Origin: Candidatus Poribacteria bacterium
GTDB lineage: Bacteria > Poribacteria > WGA-4E > WGA-3G
DNA length: 64,000 bases
Reading direction: 5' to 3'
Assembly: GCA_965215265.1 (NCBI GenBank)
Contig: OZ244048.1
Span: forward strand, 3,488,001 to 3,552,000
Shown here: piece by piece, positions 1-9,350 of the stretch
Position numbering within the stretch: position 1 is the stretch's first letter
Layout of the letters: each line of letters opens with the position of its first letter
Notes under the pieces: generated by a model
Database searches by the model: none
Told to the model about the DNA's origin: nothing
What the model saw: only the letters and a program-made list of their open reading frames with translations
Position numbers and translations under genes: made by a program

Positions 1-196
1 TTCCATTTTCCGAGCCGTCAAGGATATCATCACCTTTGAGTGTATCCTCGTTAAAACTGTAATAGATGATTAGGTCCTCATCGCTAAGTAGCTGTGTATG
101 GCCAATGCACGCGGGTCCTATTAACATCAGGATTAATATCAAAAATCTTACATCGAATATGAATTTGCCAGATGCACCGTTGATAAAGATATTCAT
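1..196 (-). CDS. LamG-like jellyroll domain protein, N-terminal part (runs off window edge)
   Basis: Manual translation: MNIFINGASGKFIFDVRFLILILMLIGPACIGHTQLLSDEDLIIYYSFNEDTLKGDDILDGSENG. Signal-like hydrophobic stretch, then the 'YYSFxE...D.S.NG' LamG start; AAAGGAG RBS upstream. Confidence 0.7.
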   Translation of the reverse strand, partial: MNIFINGASGKFIFDVRFLILILMLIGPACIGHTQLLSDEDLIIYYSFNEDTLKGDDILDGSENG

Positions 197-477
197 GGGT
201 TCTCCTTTCATAAAAATTGGAATTGTTGGTATTTCAGAATTTATGAGGCTGCCTTAAGAAACTAGATGGTATAAGCCAAAAAGCCTCTGACGAAATACAA
301 CAACGGGTGTTCATTCAACGCTTTCTAACTTGATCGCTATATGAAGATTTGCTGTGGAAGATCCATTGAACCGTAAGATTTATCTTCGGCTTAGCTTAGA
401 TACCCACTGCAAAACTGCAACCTGTTTTTGGGGAAATATACTCGTATTTTACAAAAGTTAAAATAAAAAAGCAAGAA

Positions 478-840
478 TTATGCAATAACGTTGACTTCTT
501 GGTGCCACGGATGCCCAGCGAAATAGCCACCCAGCATTTCACCATATTCTGGCCAATCGTAGCAGGTATCCGTGGCGTTATGGATACCGAAAAATGCTTT
601 GCCGTCGCGAACGAAGCCAAGCAGTGCTTCTTTCTGGACGTTATCAAAAGGTAAATTGCCCGTTGTTGCAAATGCGACGAGGTCCTGTTTTTGGAGGTTC
701 TCGGCGTTAATCTGCTCACACCGGTGGGTTGTCACCACGTTCCAACCATTTTTTGCACCGATTTGCTTGAGTGCCACTTCACCGTCCGGTAGGTAACTAT
801 GCTCAAAACCAGCGGAATGACGTAACATGAGAATGTTCAT
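478..840 (-). pseudogene. ThuA-like domain protein, C-terminally truncated
   Basis: 'HSAGFEHS', 'GIHNATDT', 'EMLGGYFAGHPW' match the ThuA family. Stops after ~120 aa (family ~220-250 aa) and no continuation is visible downstream. Confidence 0.7.
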
Positions 841-1042
841 AAAACGATCTTTTCCCAAGGAATACAAGAATTGCGAAACAATTTTTTCGTGTTATTATAC
901 AAAAATTCCAAAAAAAGTGGTAACATATTCGCACCGCCTCTCAAAAAGGTTGCCATACCGTCGCGTTTTGTGGCATTATTATCATAAACAGATATAAGGA
1001 GAATACTTGTCTCATGAAATTTTTTAAGAAAGGTGAAGAAAA

Positions 1043-1250
1043 AAGGGGGGAGTTGGCAAATCAACTGTCGCTACAAATCTAGCAATCTCCTTGGCCAAGG
1101 CGGGGGCAAAAGTCGGTTTGATGGACGCGGATGCTTACGGGCCAGTATTCCAACAATGATGGGAATTCAAGAACGTCCATAGACAAGTCCGGCACGGAAA
1201 TTTGTTCCACTTGTTTGACATGATATTAAACTCATGTCAATCGGTTTTTC
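1043..1250 (+). pseudogene. Mrp/ApbC (NBP35) Fe-S cluster carrier ATPase fragment
   Basis: Manual translation [34 protein letters not shown] / frameshift / [33 protein letters not shown]; deviant Walker A and DAD motif; one frameshift, two stops, no start. Confidence 0.85.
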
Positions 1251-1277
1251 GGTGGTTTTAGACGAAAGAATTGATTT

Positions 1278-1300
1278 AAAGGGGGACGCGCAGTCCCCCT
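1278..1300 (-). terminator. Probable intrinsic terminator of MTase-MORC operon
   Basis: AGGGGGAC-gcgca-GTCCCCCT perfect 8-bp stem with a short T run on the minus strand, ~20 nt after the stop at 1320. Confidence 0.6.
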
Positions 1301-1319
1301 AACACATCACTGATGCTTA

Positions 1320-2879
1320 TTATGATGTGCGAGCTGCTCTAAGATACGGATCAGCAGGATCGCAGTTCTCGTCAATATATTCTCTAACTTCAGAGGTATC
1401 CCAGACAAGTTCACAACCGTTCCGTTCTGTATTTGCACGACCAAAGCGATTTAGCAATTCTTGCTCATCTGGTTCTGGATTGTGTCCTACACCAAAGGTT
1501 TTTACACCTAAGAAGATCACATCCTCAACAAAATACGTTTGCGCACTTGATTTGCGTTGGGTAAGTCCTCTAACCGAATTTGTTATACCTATCTTTATAA
1601 CATTTCCTTCTGGTAATTTCATAAAATATATCAAGCAAGTGTCTAAATTAATCTCCCAATTTTCCCCTTGAAATTCTACCGTTACAATACGAGAAACAAT
1701 GTTCGGAGTATCTGGTTGAGGCGCGGAGTCTGTTCCAGGGGTGGGGTCTCCTTCAGAATCAGGGTTTACTTCAGAAGTACGATCTTCTTGAAGGGTGCAG
1801 TTTACTTCAGGAGTAGACGCTGGTCTCGACTTAAGTTTGTTATACGGGAATTTCCGAGCCTGATCACGCAGACGTTCAAGCTTCTCTTCCAATTTTTCCA
1901 CGACAGCGTCTGTTTGGCTCTCATTCCAATTAAAGTTATCCTTTGCGAAACTAACTCCCGCACCTTCAATATGAAGTTCGCCAAACAGGCGTTGAGTTAG
2001 TGCACTATTTAGACTTCCAAAAATTTCAGGAGGACGATAGCTTTCAACTATTAGACGTTTCCTTCTAAAGAGCGAGAATCCAATTCCACTTGCGTCCCCT
2101 TTAGGACGGAGTGCTGCAAAACCATTGACCCGTATCCCTTGTATTTCAAAGTCTATTGGGACTTTCCATACCTTTTTTTTCTCTTGAGGAACATCCTCTA
2201 TATGCTCATAGTTATCCATCTCGCTATGATGAGGTGCTTGTAAAATCTCTGTTGCTTCTGGATAGGATAAAAGCTTATTGAAACAACAGAGTTGTAGTTG
2301 CCCATCACGAAGAAAGAGTCTATAAATGCTTGATAAATAGTCCTGAATCTTCGTGTAACCCCTTCCGTAAGGTTTTTTAAGTAAATCGGAAAGTTTAATG
2401 GTTGTAGAGTGTGAATTAGGGTCAGTTGATTTGGATTCAACATCCACATCATCTGTATCGCTGTTCAAAATTTTAGACATATCACAGGATACTGTTCTTT
2501 GCACAGATTCGCCAAGTGCTGTTGAACAAACGCTCCAATTCTCCGCATACCAGCATGCTGCTGCTTTCATTCCCATTCCAAATTCCGATAATCCAGTTGT
2601 TCTATCCCCTCTCTCTCCAGTTGAGAAGGCTCGTTGGTAATTTTCCTCACTAATACCACCTGCATTATCGGTAATAAACAAAGTATTGTTTTCAAGAGCA
2701 ATCTTAACTGTTAGTCTTGCATCTTCCCCATCAATTGCCTTAATTTGTTCTTCATTATCAAGAAAACTCTGGATTGAATTATCTACAAATTCTGCAAGTG
2801 CAAATGATTGTTCATAATTCATAAAGCGCATATTATAGAGCATCCCGGTAGTAGGACGCATATTGACACTTTTTATCAC
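1320..2879 (-). CDS. MORC-like GHKL (HATPase_c) ATPase with C-terminal T5orf172/GIY-YIG-like domain
   Basis: GHKL motifs 'AEFVDNS', 'DNAGGI', 'SEFGMGMKAA'; C-terminal 'LIYF...KIGIT...R...QT...EQELLNRF'; GGAGG RBS. Confidence 0.85.
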   Translation of the reverse strand: MIKSVNMRPTTGMLYNMRFMNYEQSFALAEFVDNSIQSFLDNEEQIKAIDGEDARLTVKIALENNTLFITDNAGGISEENYQRAFSTGERGDRTTGLSEFGMGMKAAACWYAENWSVCSTALGESVQRTVSCDMSKILNSDTDDVDVESKSTDPNSHSTTIKLSDLLKKPYGRGYTKIQDYLSSIYRLFLRDGQLQLCCFNKLLSYPEATEILQAPHHSEMDNYEHIEDVPQEKKKVWKVPIDFEIQGIRVNGFAALRPKGDASGIGFSLFRRKRLIVESYRPPEIFGSLNSALTQRLFGELHIEGAGVSFAKDNFNWNESQTDAVVEKLEEKLERLRDQARKFPYNKLKSRPASTPEVNCTLQEDRTSEVNPDSEGDPTPGTDSAPQPDTPNIVSRIVTVEFQGENWEINLDTCLIYFMKLPEGNVIKIGITNSVRGLTQRKSSAQTYFVEDVIFLGVKTFGVGHNPEPDEQELLNRFGRANTERNGCELVWDTSEVREYIDENCDPADPYLRAARTS

Positions 2880-2893
2880 TCTAATACCTCCTT

Positions 2894-4156
2894 CTATTTA
2901 ATGAGTGCTTTAGCAACTTCAGAAATAACCTTTACATTCACGGCATTTCCGAGAGCCTTGAAAGCACTCGCTTCTGTTTCAGGTAAAACCACACTATCAT
3001 CTATACTCTGTAAACGCGCACATTCCCTGGGAGTTAAGTAACGTCTTTCCCAACCTATGATTGGAAGGTCTGAAACCCTGACGACTAAGGTGGGAATTTG
3101 CTTTGTTGTGTTAATCCTAACCCCCGAACTTCTGAATTGAATTATATTATCCCATATATCCCTTGTAGAGGATTGAGGATTCCACTCTAATCGCTGCCAA
3201 GTTGAAGGAAATTCTTTAATGTTCTCTTTCCACTCATCTAATAATTCTTTGTGCGCTTCGTAGAACAACCGATTTTTTCTGATATAATTGACTTTCCAAT
3301 TAGGAAATTGTTTTTGCTGGCGTTTCGAATATGTAGGTAAATTCTTCCAAACGTCCTTGTTGGATAAACCTGAAAGCGGGCTTCCGTGGTTCCCGCAACT
3401 TTTTCTCAACTCGGACACACCCAACGCATATGGAGTTGTCGTTTCATAGCTATAGGATGCTCCAAATTCCCTTGACCATAGGGGGCGTGGAATTGTTGTG
3501 GAAGGCGGAAGTAATTCAATAAACGCTTGCCAAACTTCTAAGCAACGGATATGTCTTTCTGAGAGGGGGCGTGCATTTTGAGGATTCTTAAAAAGAAAAC
3601 CGTTGTCTCTAATATCCGATGCAATATTAGGAGATAGTAAAGGTAGGGAAGGAAAATCCGATCGATTCCCTACAATAAACAACCTTTTCCGATTATGTGG
3701 TATTCCAAATTCAGTAGGTGAGTAAATATTGACATCTATTCGATACTTTGCATCTTTCAACTGGGTTACCGTTCTTAACCATGTTTTTCCTTTGTTATGG
3801 TTTAGAAAGTGAGGGGCATTCTCTAAGATAAAATAGTTTGGTTTCTTTTCACTCAAAATATTCACAATAAAATCAAAGAGGTCACCATTCTCTGGGCATT
3901 CAAAACCTTTCATTTTGCGTGTGGGTGCAGCATGAGAAAAGGGTTGACAAGGGAACCCAGCACATAAAATGTCATGCGAGGGGATATCGCCAATGTTAAC
4001 TTGACGTATATCGAAATCAGGGGTAAGTCCCCAGTTCTTCTCGTAAAGTTTATTTAAGATTTTATTAATTTCACAGGCATATACACATTCATGTCCTAAT
4101 TCTGTCAAAGCTTGATGAAAACATCCCAACCCTGCAAAAAGATCGATAAACCTCAT
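2894..4156 (-). CDS. DNA (cytosine-5)-methyltransferase
   Basis: Motif I FAGLG, IV GFPCQPFS, VI ENA, VIII HNRKR, IX RYLTPRECARLQ, X LGNAV. Confidence 0.95.
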   Translation of the reverse strand: MRFIDLFAGLGCFHQALTELGHECVYACEINKILNKLYEKNWGLTPDFDIRQVNIGDIPSHDILCAGFPCQPFSHAAPTRKMKGFECPENGDLFDFIVNILSEKKPNYFILENAPHFLNHNKGKTWLRTVTQLKDAKYRIDVNIYSPTEFGIPHNRKRLFIVGNRSDFPSLPLLSPNIASDIRDNGFLFKNPQNARPLSERHIRCLEVWQAFIELLPPSTTIPRPLWSREFGASYSYETTTPYALGVSELRKSCGNHGSPLSGLSNKDVWKNLPTYSKRQQKQFPNWKVNYIRKNRLFYEAHKELLDEWKENIKEFPSTWQRLEWNPQSSTRDIWDNIIQFRSSGVRINTTKQIPTLVVRVSDLPIIGWERRYLTPRECARLQSIDDSVVLPETEASAFKALGNAVNVKVISEVAKALIK

Positions 4157-4951
4157 AACAACCTATTTATTTCCTCCTTTCAAGGGTTCTGTAGTTGTAG
4201 ACATAACACCGTCGGGGGTGCGTGTGTGTGACAGATCGAAATGCATCAAAAACCCGTTTAAGTATAAGCGTTGTGCTAAAACTAGCATTCAACACGCCGC
4301 CATGCCGTCATGCTCATAGTTGTTGTGCAGACGACGTGATCTGCTCTATAAACGAATTATAGAAAGGGTTAATGCAAAAAATGTTCTTTTGATAATAAAA
4401 AACCTTTCCTTGCGGTTTCGGGCAGTCGGGCTGCCCAGTTCTCACAAATAACAACTGATGCCCCGGCAGAAGCACTCAAAAACATCAACAGTAAACGCAG
4501 CGTTCCACACAAATATAAAAACTCCTGCCCAGACGCAGGCCCTGACACGTTGTCCACCTATACCCCAATAAAGTCGGCACCCACGTTGATTTTTGAATAT
4601 AGGCGGATACAAGGGGCCGGGGTTACCATTGACACGGAAAACACACATCTGGTGCTGCTCGAGGCAACAACAAAAATAGCCCGAGACGCGAAGAAACCGT
4701 TCGGGGTTATCAGCAAAGCAGCGACGAAGGTAGATGCTGCTTGAGTTAATAAATATGTTAACGTACGTAAAGTAGGGGGGGGGGTCGATCGTATTAACAG
4801 AGCGTTTAAACACACGACAGGACGGCATACGCACGCGTTCGCACAAAGACTACAACCCTGCATCACGGGCCGGGCACTCTTGCTCTTCTGGTACACGGAC
4901 TCTCGGTGTTTCATCTGTTTGATTTTCCCTTGTTCTGATTCGAGTTAACAC

Positions 4952-4981
4952 ATTTTAGACGAAAACAACACTTTTTGTCAA
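4952..4981 (-). promoter_or_regulatory. sigma70-like promoter facing the MTase operon
   Basis: Minus strand TTGACA-18 nt-TAAAAT. Confidence 0.5.
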
Positions 4982-5196
4982 TCTTTTTTCTCACATCCGG
5001 ATTATCATCAAAAAACTTTTAGAATTTGCCAAAAACCCGCACGAAGAGCTCCATGAAATTCTGATCGTTCACTTCACCGATTGCACGCTAATCGATGTAT
5101 CGGGCACCGATGTACAGAAAGAGTTGCTTGCGGTATGCGACAAAACTCTTTTCCATCTCCGCCAATAGGACTTGCCGCACAAAATCGTTATCGTCA

Positions 5197-7034
5197 TTAA
5201 TTTAGTGGGTATGCAAGTGGATGGAAGGGCCACCAGAAAAATCTGAGCCGTAAAGCGGTCCCTCCTAATATGAATAAGATGCCGAAAGCAGTCGCGCCGA
5301 GTTGTGCAAAATCCGGGTCTGTCGGCTGTCTCAACAAACGAGCGATAGCATTGTAAGCGAGGTTACCACGCCATGCCCCAGGGCCGCCCCATCGATAACC
5401 GAGTTCTAAAAACGCCCAGAATATTACAACAATTGACATAAATGTTGCCAAAAGGCAGACCTTCCAGAGTTTTCGTGTGTCTATGTTGGCGCGTTCGGCG
5501 AGTTTAAAACTCTCTAAATAGACAGGCATCGGTTTGTTCAGAAACTCTTTGGTGTGTCCAATAAAGTACTGCAACCGTAAGGGTTTGCGGCGAGATGCGA
5601 TGGCTACCCGTTATCGCCACCATAAGTTGGAACGGGCCAAAATAGTGGATCCCATGCATAAGAGGTCCGAGTTCTGCACGCATTCGCGTAAACCCGAACA
5701 AGATAAGGAAATAGATTCCAAAAAACGCAAGCGCAAAACCTATTGACATGCCCGCGTAATAGCAAAATCCAACCAAGAATGCACTGCCGGCTAAGGTCCC
5801 GCACGCTGTGGTTCGATAGTCCATCGGTTCACTAGATTGTAGGCGTAGGTGCTCATGCTTTTGTCTATTAACAACACCTTTCAGGATATCCAATAGATGT
5901 TTTCGCGCAAGTCAGAGCGATACCACCACAATGCCTAAATAACCGCCCAATATCTGTTGATTTGCGAATGGATAGTGTGGAACATTCACCCCAGCCAGGC
6001 TACCGGCTACATATTGGAGTTTCCAAATTAGATAGAAAAACCAGCAGGAAAACAGCAAGCCGAGCGGAATAACGAAAGTCAGTCCAAGGATAAATGGATT
6101 CGCCTGGATAGGCATGCCGGGCCACGCTTGAATTGTGCTCCAAGGGCGTTCCCCGAAGTGGACTGCCAGATTGTAGGAGAGTGGGATTTTCGAAATTATC
6201 GGAAAAAGCGTGTTTAGACCGTTAATGAGATTAATGCCGGCAGCGATACTAAACCCAAGCCATAACAACAGATTTGTCCAAAAAAAATCGCCCGCTCATC
6301 TCAAAAGGAAGATAAATGAGCGGGTAAGTAAGTTTTTCTTGTTCAATCCACTGCTTTCGGATGAGCGTGTTAATGCAGAGCATCACAAAACACAAAACGG
6401 TGAGAAAAAGTCTCCACCAGAATAGGGGCCACAACCATCCCCGGATGTGTTTTAACAGATAGAAGGATGATTCGCCTGAAAAGTAGCCTTCTAATGCTTC
6501 TTTAGAAGGTTCAAGCCAATCCGGGACATAACCCTGGAAAAGTGCTGCCCATTCGTTTTCTGGGGTAGCAAACCATCGAGCATTTCCGAGTGTCCCGAAG
6601 ATGGTATGCGTGAAGTCCTGCCCGTTCACCGAAATAGATACCATCAAAATACTATAAATTGTCAGCAATTCGCCTTGAGATAAAGCAGGACTTGATAGAG
6701 ATGCTGGAAGGCAAGCAGATTTTGACAAGGGATGTGAGAGGTGTTTGATGCGAACGTTGTCTAACCGAACCACGAGGCAAAAAAGCAGGTTCAAGCCAAC
6801 CACGAGGAAGATGCAGAAAATGGCATTGAAAAATATCGTCATTGTGGTGGGGTCACCAAGTCCCCAGACTGTTTCCAAGAGCACGACAAGATAAGCGTTC
6901 ATAGGGATGAACGCTAACCCTATCAACACCGCGCGAATAGATACGTCGCTTCGATTTGCGGCTTGGCTTGACGAAGCGGTTTGCCTTCGGCCGATTTTCT
7001 GATTCCGTTGTGGGAAATTCGGTTTTAGATTCAC
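5197..7034 (-). pseudogene. DUF6785/DUF6784-like multi-TM protein, disrupted
   Basis: Four consecutive ORFs align with the intact paralog at 13904-15862 (WFATPENEWA, RKQWIEQEKLTYPL, RMRAELGP, WWPFHP). Frameshift in a T8 run at ~6280, in-frame TGA at 5912, frameshift at ~5555, C-terminus missing. Confidence 0.85.
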
Positions 7035-7054
7035 ATGATTTCAGTCGCCTCAAA

Positions 7055-7570
7055 TCAAGGATATTCTGTAGCTATGAATTTTTCTAGATAAACCGCATCG
7101 TAGAAATGTCCGTTAAGTTTCACATGTTTTTGGGCGATACCGATATCTTCAAAACCCAGATTGCGGTAAAACCGCAGGGCCCGTGTATTGTTTGCCAAAA
7201 CCTGAATAGAGATTTTCTTATAGCCGTTATCCCTTGCAAATGCGAGAGATGCCTCGGCGAGAAGCTGCCCGATTTTATACCCGCGGAAGTTAGCGTGTAT
7301 GTAGGTACCTACGGTGGCAACATGCTGCATGGAATCTGTATATTGGGCTAAACCATCGGGCTCAATGACCTGCAAACCAACGATTTGATCTTCCACCTCG
7401 GCGACAAACATGGCACTTCGAGGTCCCAAACCAGAAATGAATTCGTGCTCTTCTTCTTCTGTAAATGGATTGATTAAAGCGGTATACTTTCGTTCCAGAA
7501 TAACGGCGTTCATCACGTTTGCGACTGCTGCCGCGTCCGCGGAAGTCGCTTTTCTAATGGTGGTATCCAT
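7055..7570 (-). CDS. GNAT family N-acetyltransferase
   Basis: 'FRGYKIGQLL' acetyl-CoA motif and 'NTRALRFYRNLGF'. Confidence 0.9.
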   Translation of the reverse strand: MDTTIRKATSADAAAVANVMNAVILERKYTALINPFTEEEEHEFISGLGPRSAMFVAEVEDQIVGLQVIEPDGLAQYTDSMQHVATVGTYIHANFRGYKIGQLLAEASLAFARDNGYKKISIQVLANNTRALRFYRNLGFEDIGIAQKHVKLNGHFYDAVYLEKFIATEYP

Positions 7571-7572
7571 AG

Positions 7573-8327
7573 TTAACCATTACCAAAATTCTTGAGTTGT
7601 CCCCATGTTGTCGTCACCTTGTCTGTTGCTTGAACAGACAACTGTATGCCAGTATTCATATCTCGTTGGATATCTTGGGTAGTCAGTGCAACACTCAAAA
7701 TCTGGAGTTCGTCAATAAAGCCGTCGATGCCCTTCCTGATGCGGAGTGGTGCCTCGTTGGTTTCCGGATTTTTGGCGAAATCTCCTGATGCTTCTTCCTT
7801 GCCATTGACGTATAATCGCAACGCTTTTTTATCGTAAGTCAAAGCGACGGGATGCCATTTTTCATCAATGACATCGGTTGTACTTTCCAATTCGACAGCA
7901 TCGGTATTCCCGCCTCTGGCGAAAATCCCGTAAATCTTGCCGCCCACATTTTAAGCGTATAGTTCCGTGTCGCCCTATTATCCCCGACCTGCTTATAGGC
8001 GATGTTCTGTTCACCGCCTCCGGTATCGCTGACAAATTTAATCCACGCGGCAACGGTAAACGTTTCGAGGTTCAATGCATCGGTATGTGCCACCTCAAGA
8101 TAGGTGCCGGGCTTAAAACCGACTGCCTGTCCGATTTTACCTTCATCCCATTCCAATTTGCCTCCAACCACTTTAGCCGTATGTACGTTGCCAGAGCTAT
8201 CGGCTGCTTCGTCGCCGTCGCCCTCATCAAATAACCAGATTCCGACAGCGTCTGGATGTTGTGCATAAATCGGAGAACCGATGGTGAAAAGAGATAACGT
8301 GATAATCAGTAATAAATTGTAATTCAT
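7573..8327 (-). pseudogene. Secreted LamG-domain protein, single frameshift at ~7945
   Basis: Signal peptide plus 'GIWLFDEG...DSSGN' in one frame; 'WHPVALTYD...LYVNG...GFIDEL' and the 'DKVTTTWGQLK' tail in another. One extra G (ATG TGG GGC GGC AAG) restores the frame; could be a sequencing error. Confidence 0.75.
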
Positions 8328-8418
8328 TTACAAAATGCTCCTTATATGCGTGGGTTTCCACCCGTGCATCGATTCCCGAACTCAACGCTGCTTTCAGTTT
8401 AGGTACATTTTTCTATGC

Positions 8419-9255
8419 CTAAGAATAGCCGCCTACCCCCAAAAGCATCCGTTCTTCCAGATCTGCATTTTCGAGGAAGGTGTGGGTTAAGCCGTCTTCA
8501 GGTTGGGGGCCTCCGTGGGGTGATTTCCGCAACCACGTCGGTGTATAACTTAAAATTAACATTCTGCGTTTGGCGTTCAACGTTGGCATGCCTCTATGCC
8601 ACAAATTGCCGTGGATTAAAACCCCGCCTCCAGCTTTGACAGTGACTTCCATTTCACCCTCAATGGGCTCGTAGGTATTGGGCGCTGCCCGGTCAAGCCA
8701 AGCGTGTGACGCTGGCACCACTGCAACTGTGCCAGTGTCAGCGTTCAGATCATCAAGATAAATGAGGCAATCTATACAGTGGGGTTGTGAAAACCAAGGC
8801 GGGAGCGGATTTGAGATCACACGCATATGTTGGTGCCAGGGAGTCTGGTGCTGCCTATCATCACCGGGGTAACTGATACGCGCGCTTAACCCACGCAACC
8901 GTACAAGAGGTCCCATCATTGCTCGTGCAATGGAGAGGGTCGGTTGGAACTTCAGCAGTGCCAGAAACGTTTCATCTTTGTCCATGAGATGCCGCGGAAT
9001 GAAGCCCCAGCCTCGTTTTCCGGCGATTGCCCGATCTCGTCTTTCCCATTCTTGTTCTTCCAACCGATCGAGTGCTCCTTGTAGTTTTTGGAGTGCCTCG
9101 CCCTGAAATAGCCCTTCCCGAATGAGGTAGCCGGTATCCGCAAATTCCTGTAACTCTTTGGGTGTAGCATGTACGTCTATGTTCCAATGTTGCCCTGTTT
9201 CTCCATCCGGATTATGGAAATTCAAGACTTCATAATGAATTGTATGTTGACGCAT
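8419..9255 (-). CDS. Phytanoyl-CoA dioxygenase (PhyH) family protein, HxH variant
   Basis: 'FADTGYLI', 'PWHQH', 'IYLDDL...GTVAVVPASH', 'LWHRG...RRML'. Confidence 0.85.
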   Translation of the reverse strand: MRQHTIHYEVLNFHNPDGETGQHWNIDVHATPKELQEFADTGYLIREGLFQGEALQKLQGALDRLEEQEWERRDRAIAGKRGWGFIPRHLMDKDETFLALLKFQPTLSIARAMMGPLVRLRGLSARISYPGDDRQHQTPWHQHMRVISNPLPPWFSQPHCIDCLIYLDDLNADTGTVAVVPASHAWLDRAAPNTYEPIEGEMEVTVKAGGGVLIHGNLWHRGMPTLNAKRRMLILSYTPTWLRKSPHGGPQPEDGLTHTFLENADLEERMLLGVGGYS

Positions 9256-9350
9256 TTTTCCTCTCTTTGGTGAATGTGCTCAAGAAATTCGTGGCGAACT
9301 TAAGCGTCCGGCACTCGTACCAAGCACTTTTTTGAATCGCAGGGAAAAAA

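Noticed and set aside
4442-4846. ORFs 4442-4846(-), 4550-4744(+) and 4369-4557(-) as genes
   Set aside because: No RBS or family motifs; they overlap hairpin-rich, likely non-coding sequence
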